A DNA stretch of 64,000 bases from an uncultured Candidatus Saccharibacteria bacterium (GTDB lineage Bacteria; Patescibacteriota; Minisyncoccia; UBA6257; 2-01-FULL-56-20). How positions within the stretch are numbered: position 1 is the first letter of the stretch; each line of letters begins with the position of its first letter. Below the pieces are notes generated by a model. That model was not told the origin of the DNA. It was given only the letters and a program-made list of their open reading frames with translations, and did not search any database. A program made the position numbers and the translations under genes. Positions 59,506 through 64,000 of this stretch are shown here, in pieces. The stretch is taken from positions 433,242 to 497,241 of the forward strand of contig OZ246418.1 of assembly GCA_965231155.1 (NCBI GenBank), in the 5' to 3' direction.

Positions 59506-59808
59506 TTGGTTTCTTCGGTACGTTTGAAAGTGAGGTTGGAAGTGGAAGAAAAATTTAATGAGCGTCTTGGGAAGGTTGCGGGTGTCTTGACCACGGTATC
59601 TTTTCTCCCGCAGGTATGGTTGGTTTGGGGGCACTTTCCAGAACCAGCGACGGATATCTCGCTGGGGATGTTCTCCATTTTGTGTTTCGGTATCTCGCTC
59701 TGGCTCGTCTATGGATTCAGGATTCGAGATCGACCGCTCATTATCTCCAATTCGATTACTTTTTTCCTCGCCGCATCCATACTTCTCTACAAGTTGGTGT
59801 ACGGCTAG
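59506..59808 (+). CDS. SemiSWEET (PQ-loop) sugar transporter
   Basis: 3-TM unit; VLTTVSFLPQVW…TDISLGMFSILCFGISLWLVYGFRIRDRPLIISNSITFFLAASILLYKL closely parallels bacterial SemiSWEETs. Start codon uncertain (alternative start near 59536). Confidence 0.7.
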   Translation: MVSSVRLKVRLEVEEKFNERLGKVAGVLTTVSFLPQVWLVWGHFPEPATDISLGMFSILCFGISLWLVYGFRIRDRPLIISNSITFFLAASILLYKLVYG

Positions 59809-59864
59809 GATGAGTCATATCTATGGTCCGTGAATCGCAGAAGCGAACACGGACTTTTTATTTA

Positions 59865-60401
59865 TTACTTGAAAACCACTGGAATTTCTAACGCATCGTC
59901 GTGTTCAGGAAGACCAGAAGGATTGTCTTTCTTAAGGATGAGTGTTCCTTTACTACTGTACGAGTTTTTATCAGCGGTGAACTGAAGCGTTGCTTCGAAG
60001 GGTACAAACTCCTCTGTCATCCAGTCACTTTTTGCAGTGGCGATTCCTTGGGCAATAATCAGTCCATCCCAGTTTGTGAGGAAGACGGGGAAACTGGCCT
60101 CAAAAAACCAAGTGCCTCGTGCCTGCCCTTTAATGAGAAGCGGACTAGTGATGGTTTCGTTTGGTCGAGGAGATTCGATCTGGATCAGATCTTTTTTCTC
60201 GAGTTCATTTCCGATATTTTCAGTAAATGTCTGGTTGTTATGTCGACACTGTCGAGGGTAAGATTCCATGACGGGGCTACCGGTAGATACACACTCTTCG
60301 AAGTTGGTGACTATGGATCCTGGACGATTCCTCAGTTGCCACCATAGGCCAAGACCTATGATTATTACTATAAAGACGATTGCGAGGGATATTTTTTTCA
60401 T
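59865..60401 (-). CDS. secreted protein with bacterial Ig-like (Gmad2-like) domain
   Basis: Signal/TM; beta-rich C-terminus GTWFFEASFPVFLTNWDGLIIAQG…FVPFEATLQF. Confidence 0.4.
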   Translation of the reverse strand: MKKISLAIVFIVIIIGLGLWWQLRNRPGSIVTNFEECVSTGSPVMESYPRQCRHNNQTFTENIGNELEKKDLIQIESPRPNETITSPLLIKGQARGTWFFEASFPVFLTNWDGLIIAQGIATAKSDWMTEEFVPFEATLQFTADKNSYSSKGTLILKKDNPSGLPEHDDALEIPVVFK

Positions 60402-60453
60402 ACTTGCCTTCTTGGTTCGTATCTTACAACTTTTTTAAAGATTAGCCCACTTG

Positions 60454-61203
60454 CTATTTGAGTGCAAAAAACCAGCTTATTTTTTTCCAAATTTTTGGCG
60501 TGATGATAGTTGAAAAAGAAAGATGCCCTCCTGATTTTAGATAGAGAGATTTACATTCGATGAGTTTAATAAACTGGCTTGTTGATTCTGGTGGTACCAC
60601 GGCATCATCTTTTGTGTATATTACAAAAACTTTCTTTGGATCGATTTTCTTGAGTAACTTCGTTGGGTTGTAAAAATTTGAAGTTTTGAGTTTTTTCCAG
60701 TTTTTGTGACTGAAACGATATCCATTACCAAATGCATTTCTAGTAAATAGCTCAAGCCAATTCAGCGGTTCAATTTTGCTTTCTTTGGACCAGTCAGTCA
60801 CAGGGGATAAGACCACTACCTTTTTCACTGATGAATGTTTTGAGGCAAGTAGGGCGGCGGGGCCACCAAAACTTGAACCGATTAAATAAACTTCCGGGTT
60901 TTTTATCGTTATCTTTCGCTTATTCCAAAGATCCAAAAAGCCGGATGGCAATACCTCGATTAGATCAATGATATCTTTTTGAGGTGGGTATTTAAGAAAG
61001 CTACCTCCTGATTCCCAGGTTCCTCGATAGCGAGGTGAGAATGTCCAGTACCCTTTTTTGGATAAGGCAATTATGAGTTCTTTGTGATCTGGATATCCTG
61101 GCATGCCACCGCAGAGAATGATCACCTTTTTGGATGGTTTGGCGGGTGGAAGAAATTCAACGATAATCTCTTTTTTTATCCTGGTGCGTAGGGTGTGTGC
61201 CAT
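60454..61203 (-). CDS. alpha/beta-hydrolase fold protein
   Basis: Nucleophile elbow GSSFGG; overall 250-aa esterase/dienelactone-hydrolase-like. Confidence 0.65.
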   Translation of the reverse strand: MAHTLRTRIKKEIIVEFLPPAKPSKKVIILCGGMPGYPDHKELIIALSKKGYWTFSPRYRGTWESGGSFLKYPPQKDIIDLIEVLPSGFLDLWNKRKITIKNPEVYLIGSSFGGPAALLASKHSSVKKVVVLSPVTDWSKESKIEPLNWLELFTRNAFGNGYRFSHKNWKKLKTSNFYNPTKLLKKIDPKKVFVIYTKDDAVVPPESTSQFIKLIECKSLYLKSGGHLSFSTIITPKIWKKISWFFALK

Positions 61204-61266
61204 GTGTCTATGGTACGTCTAATAAAAAACTCCCGCAATATGATCGAGAGTTTTGAGAAAGTTTAT

Positions 61267-62394
61267 TCAGACTAATACTCCTCGGAGAACCAATTTCTCT
61301 AGGGTGGTAAGTCTTTGAAATTGCTTCCGCCTTAGTTTGGCTAGAAGATTATTCATTGACTCCCTTGAGAAAGCTCTCCAGATTTCTTCCGGAGGATATG
61401 ACGGATTTGTGGTCCGTATGTCGTTTTGTATATCTAGGGGCATTCTTAGTGAGTGTTCGATCCAGTATATTGTTTCACTAGGAAGAACGAGCTCTTTGCT
61501 TTTGCTTCCCAGAACAAAAGAGAGGAGACAACGAAGGGTTTCACCACTGTGATGATCGAGAAGTCTTTCCATGTCTACCGTTGCTTTTTGTCCGTGTAGT
61601 TTGACATATGGCAATGCAACGATAAGACGTGGGAGTATTCCTGTGACTTGTTGAGAAACTAGACTTCCCAGAAGCGCATGTTTGAGTGTCTTGTGTCCGA
61701 CAACTAACGCTTCAATAGAACAGGAAAGCTCAGAGTTAACAAGCGCAAGAAACAGCATCCAGGTTACGTCGGGGTCTAGATGATATCTGTTCCTTCCGCG
61801 AACGAGGGATAGTCCCGTTTCTCGTTCTCGGCTTATAGAAATTTCTCTTCTAGAAAACCGAATTTGAAGATTATTGATTTCTATCGCTGCGTAGTGAGGT
61901 TGGACTGGAATAGCTTCTGCTACCTCTGGAAGCTGCAAAAGAAGGTGTTGTGACGTTTTCAGAGAGGCCGATGTCCCACACAGTTTGCAATGAGGCCTCT
62001 CGTTCACCAGTTCGTACGTGGTGGGCGCGAAGTCATCGAAGAGTAGGCCTTCCGCTTGTTGCAGGATTTCTGTTTTTCCGCAAGCGCACACCCAACTGGT
62101 CGCTTCTTTTTCGTTGACCCAACCATTTCGGCATCCCTCAAGAATCAGTTCGGGTATTCCGAGATGTTCTGAGTCTAGCCATATGAGATCGGTGCTGAGG
62201 AGAAGCCGATCGAGGATTTTTCGATAAAGCCCCAACGCCTTCGCTCCGTTCGGTTTATCTCCGAATAGATTGATAGCTTGAATCGCTTGATATCCACTGC
62301 TTTTCGCAAGGACATCTACAACGACTGGAATGGTGAAGAATCCTGGCAGAGGATCGAGGCGTGGTGAGATTGGTAAAGTAGTTACCACTTTCAT
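61267..62394 (-). CDS. 375-aa protein of unknown function with a Cys4 zinc-knuckle; possibly a degenerate class I aminoacyl-tRNA-synthetase-like catalytic domain. Translationally coupled to the upstream nucleotidyltransferase
   Basis: WVCACGKTEILQQAEGLLFDDFAPTTYELVNERPHCKLCG (C-x-C…C-x2-C, reminiscent of the MetRS CP knuckle) and a KMSKS-like VLGSKSKELVLP; no canonical HIGH motif. The start ATG overlaps the NTase TGA (ATGA). Confidence 0.45.
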   Translation of the reverse strand: MKVVTTLPISPRLDPLPGFFTIPVVVDVLAKSSGYQAIQAINLFGDKPNGAKALGLYRKILDRLLLSTDLIWLDSEHLGIPELILEGCRNGWVNEKEATSWVCACGKTEILQQAEGLLFDDFAPTTYELVNERPHCKLCGTSASLKTSQHLLLQLPEVAEAIPVQPHYAAIEINNLQIRFSRREISISRERETGLSLVRGRNRYHLDPDVTWMLFLALVNSELSCSIEALVVGHKTLKHALLGSLVSQQVTGILPRLIVALPYVKLHGQKATVDMERLLDHHSGETLRCLLSFVLGSKSKELVLPSETIYWIEHSLRMPLDIQNDIRTTNPSYPPEEIWRAFSRESMNNLLAKLRRKQFQRLTTLEKLVLRGVLV

Positions 62395-63065
62395 GACGCC
62401 AGCCTTTCAAGTCCGAAGGTGTACAGCTTCTCGTAGATTGGATGCGCTTCCCGTATGGAGAGCGGTTTCTTCCCCATACTTAAAGCGCGAATCTCCTGAC
62501 TGGTAAGGTACCCCGGATAGTTCGCTTCGAAGTCTTCTAGCGGGGACTCGGGCAGCTTCAGTGATCTGCACAGTAGAATGCCAGTAAGTCCCATGAGGAT
62601 CTTCTTGCGATGAAAATCCCGATTCTTGTCTTTGATTTGGTAGGTCTCGCCGATCAGCATCTGGCGGGCACGAAAGACGTAGTATTGTAGTTTTCTTACT
62701 ACGCTTTCTCGCAAGGCTTCCAGATCGGGAGTGACATCAAGAAAGGGATTTTCTCCCCACAACACGGCAGCTTCCTTGAACACGTACACGAAAAAGCAAC
62801 CGTGGCTATCATGCGAGAAATTATTGGCTGTGGTAATTTCCTCGCAGTACGTTATAGAGAGATCGAAGATGATTTCAGGAAATTGCGAGGCTATCCTCCG
62901 TAGCTCATACAGATCTTTTGACGGTGCTATCTTCTTCTTTAAGATGATCGCAATATCAACGTCAGTATGGCTATTCTGCAATACACTTGAGCCGTAGTAC
63001 AGGATAGCTTGCAGATTTTCCTTGAAACAATGAACGATAGCGTCCCTAAACCCTTCTAGTTCCAT
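62391..63065 (-). CDS. minimal (Pol-beta-type) nucleotidyltransferase with C-terminal helical domain (KNTase-like architecture)
   Basis: YYGSSVLQNSHTDVDIAIIL, i.e. the GS-x9-13-D-x-D NTase motif; 224 aa. Confidence 0.7.
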   Translation of the reverse strand: MELEGFRDAIVHCFKENLQAILYYGSSVLQNSHTDVDIAIILKKKIAPSKDLYELRRIASQFPEIIFDLSITYCEEITTANNFSHDSHGCFFVYVFKEAAVLWGENPFLDVTPDLEALRESVVRKLQYYVFRARQMLIGETYQIKDKNRDFHRKKILMGLTGILLCRSLKLPESPLEDFEANYPGYLTSQEIRALSMGKKPLSIREAHPIYEKLYTFGLERLAS

Positions 63066-63129
63066 TTTGTTGCCCTCCTTTCTTAGAGCTGGACGTAATA
63101 TAGTTTATTTAAATTACTTTGTAAATTGA

Positions 63130-63159
63130 GTAAAACGATACGTAGATATATCGTTTTAC
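63130..63159 (-). terminator. 11-bp perfect hairpin between the upstream small-membrane-protein gene and the NTase operon
   Basis: GTAAAACGATA-cgtagata-TATCGTTTTAC; the downstream run on the minus strand is only moderately U-rich. Confidence 0.35.
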
Positions 63160-63178
63160 AACTCATTTTTGACTAAGT

Positions 63179-63484
63179 CTAAATTAGACCAGCAAAAAGG
63201 AGGATGAGAATAGCAGTAGTGATTACTGCGAAAATACCTACAGTTTTCACAAATAGATTTACTGCTTCCTTCTTTTTTCCTTCAATAAATAACAGGAGAG
63301 GTTGGTAGAAAAAGAGAAATGCCATTACCGCTACAGAAAGGGTGAGTACTGATAAAAATGTGATTGGGGCAAAGAAAGTGTCGGGCTTATCCTTGAGGGG
63401 TTGTGTCACAAAGGTCATAACGGCGACGATAAGGATTATGTATGCTGAAGTACATAAGGCATTAATAAGGGGATTTTTAGACAT
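63179..63484 (-). CDS. small 3-TM membrane protein
   Basis: 101 aa hydrophobic. Confidence 0.4.
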   Translation of the reverse strand: MSKNPLINALCTSAYIILIVAVMTFVTQPLKDKPDTFFAPITFLSVLTLSVAVMAFLFFYQPLLLFIEGKKKEAVNLFVKTVGIFAVITTAILILLFAGLI

Positions 63485-63565
63485 CTGTTTATTATATCAA
63501 AATCTGCTTTGATTGTGGGACGAAGTTGGAATAATTCTAGTGTTGTAATATGACAGAAGTCTTTT

Positions 63566-64000
63566 TCAAATCAGCTTTCCATATTCTTGTTTTGCCTTCT
63601 CAATGATGCCTAGAATAAAACCGCTTTTCCGTTCTGTATATTCATCTCGGTTATCGGCATACTTTTCGGCTAGTTTTGTTTTTAGGTCAGCATACTCCTT
63701 TCTTGTTTCGGGATGCTTGATCATATAATCACGGAAGAGAAGTTGACTTTTCCAGCCTGTTTCGCTGGTTATTTCGACGAGGTTCAAATGATGCGTTCTG
63801 TTTTCCCGAGAGCCCTTAGGAAAAAACTGTCTATCAGAGAATCGACGTTCGGAAATGTATTCATACCCTAGCTCAGGAAGTTTCTTAATAAACACATCAA
63901 TATCATCCAATGATGACACAGCCACATTCATATCGATGATTGGCTTGGCCGGAAGATCGGGTATGGCGGTGCTACCGATGTGTTCTATGGCAATAATCTT
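63566..64000 (-). CDS. GrpB-family (UPF0157) nucleotidyltransferase-fold protein, 5' end beyond window
   Basis: C-terminal GrpB block HHLNLVEITSETGWKSQLLFRDYMIKHPETRKEYADLK; the in-frame upstream sequence to the window end encodes IEHIGSTAIPDLPAKPIIDM (GrpB HIGSTA motif), so the true start lies past nt 64000. Confidence 0.7.
   Translation of the reverse strand, partial: KIIAIEHIGSTAIPDLPAKPIIDMNVAVSSLDDIDVFIKKLPELGYEYISERRFSDRQFFPKGSRENRTHHLNLVEITSETGWKSQLLFRDYMIKHPETRKEYADLKTKLAEKYADNRDEYTERKSGFILGIIEKAKQEYGKLI

Noticed and set aside
59380-59678. Two overlapping minus-strand ORFs (84 and 77 aa) in the leader upstream of the SemiSWEET gene
   Set aside because: Low-complexity, no RBS, and they overlap each other; likely non-coding promoter/leader region (contains AAGAGGAGG but no following ORF in frame)
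58596-63180. Exact 15-mer TTTTTGACTAAGTCT shared between the terminator at 58599-58613 and the intergenic region at 63166-63180
   Set aside because: A single 15-nt match in a 64-kb AT-biased window is within chance expectation, and the flanks differ; not treated as a repeat element or att site

Overview
This 64-kb window looks like a chromosomal segment from a small-genome, moderately AT-rich bacterium (about 45% GC), most likely a Patescibacteria/CPR-type organism. The window opens with the 3' end of a 23S rRNA and a 5S rRNA (+ strand). It then carries cell-wall genes (SEDS FtsW/RodA, MltG), an in-frame rpoB-rpoC fusion (2263 aa) and rpsF-ssb-rpsR. Three tRNAs follow (Leu-TAA, Cys-GCA, Ser-GCT), then rbfA and infB on the minus strand. 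Transport genes are a P-type ATPase, an MsbA-like ABC exporter, mscL, uppP and a SemiSWEET. There is a minus-strand sugar-phosphate operon: zwf, gnd, a LOG-family gene, a cupin gene and a cupin-type glucose-6-phosphate isomerase. A phosphoketolase/acetate kinase pair (xfp, ackA) and obg, truB, two NUDIX hydrolases, an M23 peptidase and many small secreted or membrane proteins complete the set. No CRISPR array and no recognisable transposase, integrase or reverse transcriptase was found. The candidates I rank highest are: (1) a translationally coupled operon of a minimal nucleotidyltransferase and a 375-aa zinc-knuckle, possibly degenerate class I aaRS-like, protein; (2) a roughly 590-bp island at about 62% GC that encodes a small basic protein behind a strong Shine-Dalgarno site; (3) a tRNA-flanked islet encoding an Lnu/ANT-like nucleotidyltransferase-fold protein; (4) the rpoBC fusion. 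All product assignments rest on motifs I recognise by eye, because no database search could be run.
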